Source of the DNA: Candidatus Marsarchaeota archaeon
Lineage (GTDB): Archaea > Micrarchaeota > Micrarchaeia > Micrarchaeales > CABMGC01
Length of the DNA stretch: 33,841 nt
Direction of reading: 5' to 3'
Assembly: GCA_023485825.1 (NCBI GenBank)
Contig: JAMCZF010000051.1
Location: 1-33,841, forward strand
This document shows, piece by piece, positions 33,441 to 33,841 of this stretch (positions are counted from its first letter, which is position 1; each line of letters opens with the position of its first letter). The notes beneath the pieces were generated by a model. It was given only the letters and a program-made list of their open reading frames with translations. It was not told where the DNA came from and made no database searches. Both the position numbers and the translations under genes were made by a program.

Positions 33441-33841
33441 GAACGCAGCGAGCCAGATACTCGCATCGGTGCTTGTCAATGCCATCTACGCCATGAAGAA
33501 TTACCCGGTAATGATGATAAACGCCATGCTTGCGCCGCTCTCGATACTGTTTGTCATAACCTTCGTGAGCAGGGGCGCGCTGGTTGGCGTAGGCATCGAG
33601 GGCGCGCTGATAATGACCATGATATCCAGCGGAATCGGCCTCCAAGGCGATCTCTCGCACCTCAAGAACGACTTCAAGCTGCAGGACATGGTTGTCACAT
33701 CGCCCACAAAGTCATCGACGTACATGGCAGGGATGGGCCTCTCTGAGATAATATACTCGCTTCCTGTCATAGCGTTGTTGACGGTGCTCGCAACAATATA
33801 CATACATCCCACGGCCCTGCAGCTTGAAGTCGTTCTTGAGG
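33430..33841 (+). CDS. ABC-2-type transporter permease (5' part; continues past the right edge)
   Basis: ATG 33430 overlaps the ATPase gene by 11 nt. Translation gives MSGRNAASQILASVLVNAIYAMKNYPVMMINAMLAPLSILFVITFV..., open to the window end and hydrophobic. Confidence 0.75.
   Translation, partial: MSGRNAASQILASVLVNAIYAMKNYPVMMINAMLAPLSILFVITFVSRGALVGVGIEGALIMTMISSGIGLQGDLSHLKNDFKLQDMVVTSPTKSSTYMAGMGLSEIIYSLPVIALLTVLATIYIHPTALQLEVVLE

Noticed and set aside
1-33841. A by-eye scan for tRNA (GGTTCGAATC-type T-arms), rRNA and CRISPR arrays.
   Set aside because: No candidate was found. This is a visual scan only; tRNAscan-SE, Infernal and a CRISPR finder should confirm it.

Overview
This is an archaeal chromosomal window. 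It is visibly GC-rich and uses many AUA and AGG codons. Promoters look like TATA boxes, and many neighbouring genes overlap by 1-8 nt at start/stop.

Content from left to right:
- a truncated IS200/IS605-type tnpB element at the left edge
- an isochorismatase-family hydrolase
- a small wHTH regulator, divergent from a ~7 kb type IV pilus operon. That operon holds a PilB/FlaI-type ATPase, two half-size TadC/FlaJ-like platform genes, and about nine ORFs with class III (DUF361-like, QxSxE[FY]) prepilin N-termini.
- a second pilus-type assembly operon, convergent with the first. It holds a wHTH-coiled-coil protein, a second ATPase, a 197-aa unknown, an IS-relic insertion, and two more platform genes.
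- a 293-bp tandem duplication of a bidirectional promoter plus a gene 5' end
- ATP-dependent DNA ligase
- a co-directional array of two translationally coupled ftsZ paralogs, a Zn-ribbon/wHTH protein and an RlmM/FtsJ-like RNA methyltransferase
- a membrane-anchored ST-rich protein, an HDAC-family deacetylase and a DHA2-type MFS transporter
- an internally deleted tnpB relic
- gpmI and eno, convergent
- a MazG / degenerate CYTH-like / AlkD-like trio
- a visibly AT-rich IS with an rve-type transposase
- an Arg-rich protein built from exact 126-nt (42-aa) repeats
- the start of an ABC-2 transporter

I found no rRNA, tRNA or CRISPR array by eye. The most interesting parts are the double pilus machinery with its uncharacterised accessory genes, the TnpB-derived structured non-coding insert inside it, and the 42-aa-repeat protein.
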